Assembly: GCA_038087875.1 (NCBI GenBank)
Contig: CM075999.1
Span: forward strand, 186,001-250,000
DNA length: 64,000 bases
Reading direction: 5' to 3'
DNA from: Malacoraja senta
Taxonomy: Eukaryota
Shown here: positions 53,442 through 64,000 of the stretch, piece after piece
How positions within the stretch are numbered: position 1 is the first letter of the stretch
How the letters are laid out: each line of letters opens with the position of its first letter
Program-made: the position numbers and the translations under genes
The notes under the pieces: generated by a model
What the model saw: the letters and a program-made list of their open reading frames with translations, nothing else
What the model was told of the DNA's origin: nothing
The model's database searches: none

Positions 53442-54118
53442 AGTAGACACAAAAAGCTGGAGCAACTCAGCGGGACAGGCAGCATCTCTGGAGAGAAGGA
53501 ATGGGTGACGTTTCGGGTTGAGATCCTCCTTCAGACTGGTTAGGGATGAAGGAAACGAGAAATATAGACGGTGATGTGGAGAGATAAAGAACAATGAATG
53601 AATGGTGTGCAAAAATGTAACGATGATAATGGAAACAGACCATTGTTTGCTGTTTGTAGAGTGAAGATGAGAAGCTAGTGCGACTTGGGTGGAGGAGGGA
53701 TGGAGAGAGATGAAATGCCGGGACTCCCTGAAATTAGATAAATCAAATTTCATACCACTGGGCTGTAAGCTGCCCACGCAAAATATGAGATGCTTTTGCT
53801 CCATTTTGCATTTAGCCTCACTCTGACAATGGAGGAGACCTAGGACAGAAAGGTATCTGTGGGAATGGGAAGAAGAATTAAAGGATGCAACACCTGTCCC
53901 TATACCTCCTCCCTCGACTCCGTCCAGGGACCCCGACAATCCTTTCAGGTTAGGCAGGGGTTCACTTGCAACTCCTCCAACCTAATCTACTGTATCCATT
54001 GTTCAAGATGTGGATATATCGGCGAGACCAAACGTAGACTGGGCGATCGTTTTGCTGAACATTTTCGTTCAGTCCGCCTGAACCTACCTGATCTCCTGGT
54101 TGCTGAACTTTAATTCTC
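53442..54118 (-). mobile_element. Penelope-like GIY-YIG remnant with inverted 5' segment (copy B)
   Basis: ORFs 53436..53939 (-) and 53859..54113 (+). Confidence 0.85.
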
Positions 54119-55814
54119 TTTGCCATATAATATTAATAGTTACTTTATTTAATCCTTGCAATTAATCTTGTTCCAGAAGCAATTAATTTAATTCACAAAA
54201 ACTACAGCGGAAATTCCCTGCAAAGCTGCGATCAAAATCATTTATCCAAACATGTGAGATTTTCTTAATATGACAGAAAACAGTTAGAAAATATCTATTG
54301 AAGAACCATACGGATATTTAAATTGAAGAATAAAACAGAATAATTCATCCAATTTCACATCTGTATAATTAATTAATAACATTGATTATTAGTGAGTTGG
54401 GTAATAAGATATTCAGTAAAATTTAATCCAAATCAAAATTTTTGATAAATCCAATCTAAACCAATAATAGCAGTTAATTAAGAGGCGTTGGTGCAACACT
54501 ATAACATTTACATGTAAAATAACTTTTATGAGCCTTTTGCAAAACTGCAGAATGATTTAAAAAATCATCCTGTCTGATATGAATAGCAATGTGCATCATT
54601 GGTATGTGGATGCAGTTTCTAATTCAGGTTAACAGACAATTTCGATGCTTCACCATATTCTCAAATATCCCACTTTCAGGCAGATTACCGAATCCCGGCT
54701 TTGCTGCAGTTCATTGTGCGGAATGCCTCGTGGGCTGCTGATTTTGTTGACATATTCTGGAGCTGATGGGAATTTAAAATTCGGTAACATCTCCTTTTAT
54801 GCGGGAGATTTAATGTGCAGCATCAAAAACACAGAGTGGTGGGGGGAAAAATATTTCCGTTTAACTGTTCGCATCTGGAAGAATACAGTGAGAAACAGGA
54901 ATAGCTGCAATCATCAACATATTCAAAGTCAGTAGAAACGATGAAGCAGTATTTATCAATGCAACACAGCACTTACCGAGGTTTGTGTTCATCCCTGCAG
55001 TCCATGCCATAATCGTGGGTAGCATTAGTAGCAGCTGCAGCTTTCGTCTAAGCTGCTGGCCATAAGCGGACTGTGAACGACTTGCAGTGAAACACTGAAC
55101 AAAATAAAATCTGAATGGAATGACTGTAAGGTACTTTTCATGGTTTTTTTTCCTCCTGCTGTCCAGCCAGCCCACACAGCCTGGTGCTATTTTAGGAATG
55201 CAGATATGTTTTGCTCATTCCTCTATCCTTTGGGGACATCTCGGGGAAGAACTGGTGTCCCAGAATCAACCTTCACTTCATCCGATCTGCTTCCAGCCAA
55301 AACTTCAATGTTCTGACGAGCTTACATCTGTCAGAGGTGTTCGGAGAACCACCTGTCTGTCACTCACTGCAGCCAGATGTCCTTGCCCTGGCTGTGAACG
55401 CCATCGTAGAAATAGTCATTCTATCTATGAATTAATATCCACGAGTCTTCAGAGATGCCTTTAATGGTTTGGCGCCATAATTTGTAGGTAATCTTCGCAG
55501 GCAGCAAAGAAAATAACAAAGGCAGCTCTGGTTTCCCATGTGTCACACACGCTGTCTGTCAGTGCTGGTTTGGATGGTAACCTTGCTCTGCTAACACAAT
55601 TCTTGGTCCGTTGCCAAAGTTATTTCACGGAGAGCAAATGAGCAGCGAGCGATGCGAACAGACACAGAACTGCAGGTAATTTGAACAAAGACCTCACATT
55701 CAGCTTGCTGCCGCTGCTGCTTTATTTCCAAGTGTTTCCTTGTCTCCCGAGATGTCGGTTTAATTCATTGCCTGGCGAAAGGTTGGGAGAAAAAAATATT
55801 TCAATAAATCATCA

Positions 55815-57120
55815 TTAGACACGGGTGAGGTGCCAGAAGACTGGAGGGTGGTTGAAGTTGTGCCTCTATTTAAGAAGGCTGCAAGGAAAAGCCTGGGAAC
55901 TATACACTTGTGAACATAACATCTGTGATAGGCAAGTTACTGGAGAGGATTCTGACGGATAAGATATATATGAATTTGGATAGACAGGGGTTGATTAGGG
56001 ATCGTCACCACGGTTTCCAATTGAGCTTTTTGAAGAAGTAACCAAAATTGATGATGAGGACGAAGCCATAGATATTGTCTATATGGACTTCAGCAAGACA
56101 TTGAAATGGTTCTGCATGGTAGTCTGCTCTGGTTAGATCGCATGGGATCCAGGGAGAGCCAGCCGATTGGATAGAGAATTGATTTAGTTTAGGTTAGTTT
56201 AGAGATACAGCACCAAAACAGGCCCTTCGGCCCATCGGGTCCACGTCGACCAGTGATCCCTGCATATGAACGCTATCCTACACACACTAGGGACAATTTT
56301 ATTTTACAGTTACCAAGCCAATCTACCTACATATCTGTACATCTTTGGAGTGTGGGAGGAAACCCACGCAAGTCACGGGGAGAACGTACAAACTCCGTAC
56401 AGACAGCACCAGTAATCGGGATTGAACCCGAGTCTCCGACGCTACAAGCACTGGCAGTAACTCTACCGCGGTGCCACCGTGCTGGCCCCGGAAGGAAGGA
56501 GAGGGTGATTGTGGAAAGTTATTTTTCAGATTGGAGTACACCTCAGGGATTGGTGCTGGGCCCATTGAGGATGCTGCTTATATCAACCATTTGGATGAGA
56601 ATCAAGAAGGCATGATCAGTAAGTTTGCAGATGGCACTAAAGTGGGTGGTGTCATAGATTGCAAAGATGGTTATCAGAAATCATACAATATCTTGATCAG
56701 GTGGCCAAGTTGACTGAGGAAAGGTTAATGGAGTTTAATACAGATAAGTGTAAAGGGTGGCATTTTGGGAAGTGAAACTAGGGGAGGACCTTCACAGTGA
56801 ATGTCAGGGTGTTGGGGGGTGTTGTAGAGCAGAGGGATCTAAGAGTGCAGGTACATTGTTCCTTGAAAGTGGCATCAGAGGTAGATACGGAGATCAATAA
56901 GGCTTTCTGTACATTGGCCTTCCATCAGGCTACTGTGTATAGAGGTTCAGATGTTATGTTACAGTTGTACAAGACATCGGTGAAGCCACTCTTGGGGTTC
57001 TGTTTTAATTTCTGGTCACCCTGCTGGAAAGAATGCAGAGAAAAATTTATGAGGATGTTGCCAGAACTTGCGGGCCTGAGCTGTAATGAGAGATTAGGGA
57101 GGCTGGGACTTTATTTGGTG
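55815..57120 (+). mobile_element. Degenerate CR1 RT fragment with nested SINE (56182-56486)
   Basis: ISKFADGTKVGG, VEQRDLRVQVHCSLK, FWSP and ERLGRLGLY motifs. Confidence 0.85.
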
Positions 57121-57569
57121 GAGAAAGAATGTGTAAACTCCACAAAGACAGCACTCGTTGGGATCAAATACGGGTCTCTGAAGCTGAGGCAGCATCTCTA
57201 TCAGCTGCACTACTGTGCGTGTGTTGAAAGATATATGTGGGTATACCACTCTCTCTCATTGTAATGGAAGAGTGGTTCAAAAATAATGTCAAGTCTAAGA
57301 GAATCCAGCAACACTCCAGCATGCCGCACACTTCCCATAAGGGATCTCTCTGACAATGGCCCCTCAAGGATGCAACTGGCATTGCTGCCAGCTTCTGGAT
57401 TGTTAAACTCAATTCACTTCCACATCTGCTCTGTCCCTGTTAATTACAAAGACAGCAACTACTAAATGTTTAACACCAGCCCATCCTCCCAGACAGATGT
57501 CTGCAGCTTCTTTGCGCAGTGGAGGCAATGTTCAGGTTTAGGTTTATTGTTATACCAAACTACAGTGAG

Positions 57570-57810
57570 CTCATCCTACCACATCTAGAGAGTAGCCCTG
57601 AACTACTATCTACCTCATTGGTGACCCTCGGACTATCTTTGATCGGACTTTACTGGCTCCACCTTGCACTAAGCGTTATTCCCTTATCTTGTATCTATAC
57701 ACTGTAAATAGCTCAATTGTAATCATGTATTGTCTTTCTGTAGACTGGTTTACATACAACAAAAGCTTTTCACTATACCTCGGTACACGTGACAATAAAC
57801 TGAACTGAAA
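57570..57810 (+). mobile_element. Rex1/Babar-like LINE 3' UTR fragment
   Basis: Tail TTTTCACTATACCTCGGTACACGTGACAATAAACTGAACTG. An antisense relative lies at about 34020-34225. Confidence 0.55.
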
Positions 57811-58476
57811 AACTTTGTTTTGCATGCTATCCAGTCAGATCAGATAATACTACTTATATATAGAATCAAGTCAAACTCAAACACCCTATGGGAAGGCTAC
57901 GATTAAGCAAGAGAGGATGCAGAGAAGATGTACAATAATCTTGCCAGGACTGGAGGGCTCGAGTTATCTGGATGGACTGGACAGGCTGAGACTGTTTTTC
58001 CTGACGTAAAGGAGCCTGAGAGGAAACACCTTAGAAGTTTATAAAAACATGAGGGGCTGGGGTAGGGGAGATAGTTACAGTCTTTTTTTCCCAGGCTAGG
58101 AAGTCTAAAACTATTAGATACAAGTTTAGGGATAGAGGAGAACGATTTAAAGGGAACCTGAGGGGCATCTGTTTGACAGAGAGTGGTGGGTAAATCGAAC
58201 GAGTTGATAATATAAGTTAAAAGACATTTGGACAGGTGCATGAATCGGAAAGTTTTAGAGGTATACATGGGCCAAATATGGACAAATAGGATTAGCTTAG
58301 ATGAACATCTTGTTCAGCATGGATGATTTATGTCACACTTGCCACACCTACAGACACTGGAGACTCTTTCCACACTCCTCTCCTCTCCACATTGCCTCCA
58401 CTGAGCTATTACACCTGTATTTAATCTGCTCCTCTAATCTATCACTTTGTATAAATACCTGAGATCATCAACAATT

Positions 58477-59185
58477 GGGGGGGGGGGAAGAGGAAGAGGA
58501 AGAGGAAGGGGAAGCGGAAGCGGAAGGGGAAGGGGAAGAGGAAGAGGAAGAGGAGGAAGAGGAAGAGGAAGAGGAAGAGGAAGAGGAAGAGGAAGGGGAA
58601 GGGGGAAGGGGAAGGGGAAGAGGAAGGGGAAGAGGAAGAAGGGGAAGGGGAAGGGGAAGGGGAAGGGGGAAGGGGAAGGGGAAGGGGGAAGGGCGGAAGG
58701 GGAAGAGGGGAAGAGGGGAAGAGGGGAAGAGGGGAAGAGGGGAAGAGGGGAAGGGGAAGGGGAAGAGAGGAAGGGGCAAGGGGGGAAAAGGGGAAAGAGG
58801 GGATGGGAAAGAGGGGAAAGGGGGAAGAGGGGAAGGGAAGAGGGGGAAGAGGGTGAAGGGGAAGAGGGGGAGGGGGAAGGGAAAGAGGGGGAAGGGGAAG
58901 AGGGGGAAGGGGAAGAGGGGGAAGGGGAAGAGGAGGAAGGGGAAGAGGGGGAAGGGGAAGAGGGGGAAGGGGAAGAGGGGGAAGGGGAAGAGGGGGAAGG
59001 GGAAGAGGGGGAAGGGGAGGGGGAGGGGGAGGGGGAAGGGGAGGGGGGAGGGGGAGGGGGAGGGGGAGGGGGAGGGGGAGGGGGAGGGGGGAAGAGGAAG
59101 AGGAAGAGGAAGAGGAAGAGGAAGAGGAAGAGGAAGAGGAAGAGGAAGAGGAAGAGGAAGAGGAAGAGGAAGAGGAGAGGAAGAG
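58477..59185 (+). repeat. About 700-bp polypurine tract, (GGAAGA)n/(GGGGAA)n/(GGGGGA)n
   Basis: Seen directly. Confidence 0.97.
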
Positions 59186-59294
59186 TCTGGTCCCAGACTC
59201 TGGTCCCAGTCTGGTCCCAGAGGATTCACTCAGTGCCTTGTTCTCAACCATTTCTTGATATCTGGCAGGGCAAGCCATACTGAAGATTGACTTC

Positions 59295-59735
59295 TGAGAT
59301 GGCAGGGACAAATTGCTGGTGATATTTATTCTTAAGAACTTGAAGCTTTCAACCATTTCGACTTCAGCACCAATGTATAGCAAGGTGTGTGTATTCTTGA
59401 AGTCAATCACAATCTCCTTTGCGTTGTTGACTTTGAGGAAGAGGTTGTTGTCTTGGCATTAAGTTACGAGATTCTCAATCTTCTTCTTGGAGGAGGAGGA
59501 CTGACTGAACTTTGTTGCCTTCCACCACAGTGAAGAATGCTGTGGTGGATGTTTATGTTAAATTCTATTGTGTATTGTGTGTTCTTTTTTCAATTGCATC
59601 GCTGCTGGCAAATTAATTTCACTGTACCTTAGTTGGTGCATGTGACAAATAAATCTGTCTAATTGTACTCCATCTCGCCATTATTTGATATCTGGCCCAT
59701 TAAGGTGGTGTCATCTGTGAACTTATAAATTCAGT
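59295..59735 (-). mobile_element. Rex1/Babar-like RT fragment interrupted by a short antisense retroposon (about 59490-59665)
   Basis: IYKFTDDTTLMGQISNNGEMEY | KIENLV..CQDNNL..KEIVIDF..VEMVESFKFL. Confidence 0.7.
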
Positions 59736-60063
59736 TGGTAAATGGTATTTGAGACACCCCGAAATCGCTCTACTCCTATTGACATTCCAAATACATTACT
59801 TCACAGTTTTGGGGATTAAATTCCATCTGCCAACTCTCTGCCCAACTTTCCATCTGATCTACTTCCTGCTGTGGCTTTAAACAACCTTCCTCACTGTCCA
59901 CTATACTGCCAACTCCTGTGCCATTTGCAAACCTATTATTCCTCTTTGACTCATGGTGGAAGAATAAGGAAGGAAATGAATTTGTTGCTTGCGTGGATGC
60001 GGAGAGAGCAAGAGATTCATGAGTTGTTCAAAGTAAAAATTTACACTTAAATTAAGATAATAT

Positions 60064-60541
60064 TACACCTAGAAGAGATAAGACTCCTCCTGGCAGGTAA
60101 ACCAGACCACTTCCATCTGACGTGGTCGGCATTTATAGAATTATTACAAATATAGGGTGCAAAGGTACTTAAAAAAAAACTGAGGTCGGGTAGGGGGGGG
60201 ATGAAAATTGGAGATTTGGTATGTCCCATTTGCGGGATGCTGATAAAAAAGGTATTTGTTCTTCTCTTTTTCCTTTCTCTTTTTCTTCTTCTTTTCTAGG
60301 GTCTACTTAACTCTTTTTCTTATAGGGTCTTTGTTCTTTCTTGTTGTCACGTTTTTTTGTTTTTTTTTACACTTCACCTTTTCCTTCACTTTCCTCTTTC
60401 TCTTAATCTTATCCTCTCCCTTTACTAATGTAAAAAAAAAAAACGGAGTACATTAATTGTAATAAAATATATGTGACGAGTACTAATGGATGTGGTTGTA
60501 ACGTAATGTGCTTCTAATAAATAAAATAAAAAAATAAAAAA
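60064..60541 (+). mobile_element. 5'-truncated L1-clade LINE with 15-bp TSD and A-rich tail
   Basis: LHLEEIRLLLAGKPDHFHLTWSAFIELLQI* resembles a fish L1 ORF2 C-terminus. AATAAA plus A-rich tail. AAATTAAGATAATAT at 60049-60063 and 60542-60556. Confidence 0.8.
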
Positions 60542-60902
60542 AAATTAAGATAATATATTTATAGATTTTGCAGATGTCCACAGAATACAAGATAATCTAT
60601 CTAATAGTTATGTCAAAGTTATGTCTGGGGGAGGGGGGCTGTTTGCTAGACAGATGGGTGGACAAAGGCTAGAAATTGATAGGAGGCAAAAGTGTATAAG
60701 ATAAGGAGAGTAGAAAGTGAAATGTGAAACCAGAGAGAAGGAAATAGGTGGATGAGGACTTGGGGAAACTGTGGAACTGCAATTAGTTAGGGATGGTTCT
60801 TGAAAAGGGCATTTTGTACCACTGTGCACAATCCGTGATTTCTTTGGTCCATTGGCCTGGAAATAGTCAAATTAACCCAATAAGTAGGATGAATGGTTTA
60901 TG

Positions 60903-61460
60903 TTGAGGTTGAGGTTTATTATTTTTATGTGTACGGAGGCACAGTGAAAAGCTTTTTTTTGCTTTATACCCAATCAGATCAGATCAATCAATACTATACA
61001 TAAATACAATCAAGTTAAACTCAAGTACAATAGAGAGCAGGGGAAGTTACAGCATGCAATATTGTTCTCAGCATAGTAGCATGTCAGTTCCATAGACAAA
61101 GTCCAATGTCCACAATGGGGTAGAGGTGAATCGGACAGTACCCTAGCTTATGGAAGGATCGTTCAGAAGCCTGATAACAGAAGGGAAGAAGCTATTCCTG
61201 AGTCTGGTGGTGCATGCTTTCACGCTTCTGTATCTTCTGCCTGATGGGAGCAGCGAGCAAAAGGAATGACTGGGGTGGGACAAGTCTTTGATTATGTTGG
61301 CTGTTTTTCCAAGGTAGCGTAAAGTGTAGATGGAGTCAATAGTGGGAATTTAAGTCCATGTGATGGACTGAGCTACACTGATATCTCTCTGCAACTTCTA
61401 GCAGGATTGGGTAGAGCTGTTCCAACACCACGCTGTGATGTAACCCCACAGTATGATTTC
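60903..61460 (-). mobile_element. Rex1/Babar-like LINE 3' end
   Basis: Reverse complement matches 14545-14760 plus 15821-15982. Tail AATAATAAACCTCAACCTCAAC. Confidence 0.75.
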
Positions 61461-62484
61461 AATGTTTTTTTGACAAAAATTGCAGAAGCTGCAGAGGAAT
61501 GTATTTTTGTTAAATTCATCGATCACGCACTGAAAGAGGCTAACCAGTGTGAAAGAGATAGTGTGCTGAATCCAAGGAGAGTCCACTGTGAACCACAATC
61601 GAACCACATCAGAATTGTCCACTTTTGGAGCATGATGCCCATCAGAAAGAGAGTTCAAATGTAACTTCCCTCTGCCAAAGAACAACTCACAGCCTGGGAC
61701 TAATCTAATTAAAAAACACTATAATGTATCATGAATAGAACCTGGCTTATTTAAAATGAGAACAAACCAGTAATTTCTGTATGACCGTAACATTTAGGAA
61801 TGAGATCCATAACATGTTCAATGATGTCTTGAAAATGGGAAATGCCATTGCTGTCACTATTAGGTCTTTGTAGTTGACATTTTACATAGTACTTTATGTA
61901 GAAATACAGCAAGATCTAGGCAACCTTTGAGCTGACATGAAGTGGCTCATCGCTGCTACAGTGCAAGATCTAGACTTCTTGTTTTGTTAAGACTGTTAAC
62001 AGCAGAATAATTTAATTTCAATCTGCACCGTTTCGCATGATCCCTCCCCTCTTGCTCCCTGTTTTCCCAAAGCTCATGAATACAACTTTTACTTTGTTTC
62101 TGGCTCAGTGCTTTCTTTCCTTCCTCCTTCTATAATTCAACAGTTCTCCCCTCAACCTCTGACGTTCCTGAGAAAACAACCCAAGTTTGTCCAACTTTGC
62201 CCAACAGAAAAAACAAAGTAAGTTTGTCCAACTTCTCCCCGTAGTTTATAGCCTCTAATCTAGGCAGCATCCTGATAGCCGTTATCTGCACCCTCTCTAA
62301 ACCCCCCACAACTCTTCCTGTAATGGTCGATCAGAACTGTGCACGGTACTCTCAATGTGGCGTTACCAAAGTTTTATAGAGGCTACAACAGGACTTCCTG
62401 ACTCTTACACTGAACGCCCCAGTTCTTCATATATCTTCCTTCATTTTTCCTCGGTCTTGCGATTCCGCTACTTTAGCCGTGAGC

Positions 62485-62779
62485 GAGACAGCACAGAAAC
62501 AGTCCCTTCAACCCACTGAGTAACCCCTTCAACCCAACCAGTAATCACCCCGTACACTAGCGCTATCCTACACACTCGGGACAATTTACAATTTTACCAA
62601 AGCCAATTAACCTATAAACCTGTACGGTTTGGGAGGAAACTGAAGCTCCTGGAGAAAACCCCATGCAGGTCACGGGGAGAATGTACAAAATATGTACAGA
62701 CAAGCACCCATAGTCAGGATCAAACCCGTGTCTCTGGCGCTGAAAGGCAGCAACTCTTCCACTGCATCACTGGGCTGCT
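62485..62779 (-). mobile_element. HE1/V-SINE-like SINE
   Basis: Same body and head as 21496-21821. Confidence 0.8.
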
Positions 62780-64000
62780 CAAAGATTAATTTCAAGTCTA
62801 CTCAATTTAAACACAATTCTACTTTTAATCAAAGATTAATTTCTTTAACCGCCTGATCAGGTAGATTAGCACTTTGTATTTTTTTAATGGAGAAGCAGTA
62901 ATGCTCCATAAGTGAGTAAGTTAGATTTGCCAAGGATCTTCGTAAATATGGCAGATGTCCGCATGTTTTCATTCGTGTCTTCTGCCTGGAATCCTGCCCG
63001 ACCCGAGGATAGTGTCCTCAAGCCCCAGGATTTTTACATTGTCTATTGAGCAACAATGAGCAGGGAGGTGGGAGCAACAGGATTGGGGATGGAACAGATA
63101 GCTGGGTGCTTCTGTCACCTGTCTCCTCCATTCTTCCTCTTTCAGATGGAGTCACAAAGCTTTGGGTCGGCGAACCGGGCTTCAAAGCTGCACTTGATGT
63201 GTGAATGTTTTGTGTTTTTGAAATTATCCACAGTTGGCTGGCAGGTTGTATCTCAAATGCCTGACATGGCTGGCAGCACCATTAAAAGGTTTGACATGAT
63301 AAATGTTTCTGAGCCTCCTCTGGATATTCCACTCAGTCATCATTTCAAGAACATGGAATCACATCCTGACAGCAAGTAGTGAAATTGTGGGCACCTGGGA
63401 CAGTTAATCTCTCATGCATGGCTCATCTTACTCGTTGCAAATGTGCATTAATTTCAGACTTTATAATCTCACACTTGGTAAAGCGATTTAATAATCTTGC
63501 CTGATTGTGCCACCCTGAAAACATTTACTTTTAGATATTAAGAACTCCCCTCTCACAGTGCATTTTGCTGAACATTTTCTTCATTCTCTCCATCCCTTCA
63601 AGCAACCTTTCGTTCCCCATTTGCATCAATTGAACAGAATTGCACGGAAACAGGCCCTTTGGCCCAATGAGTCTATGTTGACCATTGATCACCGTTCACC
63701 TTAATTCTATGTTACCCCACCTTCTCACCCACTCCTACACTCTAGGGGTAATTTATAAAGGCCAATCAACCTACAAAGCTGCATGTCTTGGGATGTGGAA
63801 GGAAACCAGAGAACTCGGAGAAAAACCATGAGTGTTTCACCCACAACCCACCCTTTTCCCCCATGGTAGAAATGTCCAACATTAGAGGGCATAGCTATAA
63901 GATGAGAGGGGGAATGGAGATGTGCAGATATATATATTTTTCATTTCACACAGATGGTGGCGGGGGCCTGGAACACACTGTCAGGGTTGATGGTGGAGGC

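Larger units (their letters stand above)
42705..56875 (+). repeat. Large duplicated block, copy B (contains counterparts of all elements in 1-14191)
   Basis: Colinear with copy A. The CR1 fragment cut by the gap in A continues here to about 57120. Confidence 0.98.

Noticed and set aside
58442..59410. Four ORFs of 253-322 aa, including RG-rich and E/G-rich ones
   Set aside because: Artefacts of the polypurine tract. Only the start of the minus ORF is a Rex-like RT remnant.
61398..63379. ORFs 61407..61664, 61398..61685 and 63056..63379 as host genes
   Set aside because: Short, partly overlapping repeat sequence, with no recognisable motifs.

Overview
Repeat-dense, non-coding eukaryotic DNA. 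I infer a cartilaginous fish (probably a skate or ray) from the HE1/V-SINE-like SINEs and the CR1 LINE 3' ends with (TATGTTTC)n tails. I recognise no host protein-coding exon, so this is likely intronic or intergenic. Every ORF I can identify is a retroelement fragment (CR1 RT/APE/ORF1 esterase, Rex1/Babar RT, L1 ORF2 C-terminus, Penelope GIY-YIG) or a microsatellite artefact. Positions 1-14191 recur almost identically at 42705-56875, and the first copy ends exactly at a 200-N gap, so this is probably an uncollapsed haplotype overlap. Main points of interest: (i) many short Penelope-derived elements carrying a minimal type I hammerhead-ribozyme-like core (CTGAAGA-A-stem II-GAAACGTH), found as monomers, as a 148-bp head-to-tail tandem (retrozyme-like) and as palindromes with a core on both strands, one with a 15-bp TSD; (ii) a covarying hairpin shared by four otherwise dissimilar retroposon-like insertions; (iii) a 3-kb composite hAT element with an 8-bp TSD; (iv) a MITE with stacked internal termini; (v) twin-priming-like inversions. 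Family names come from recognising motifs by eye, not from database searches, and boundaries of old repeats are approximate.
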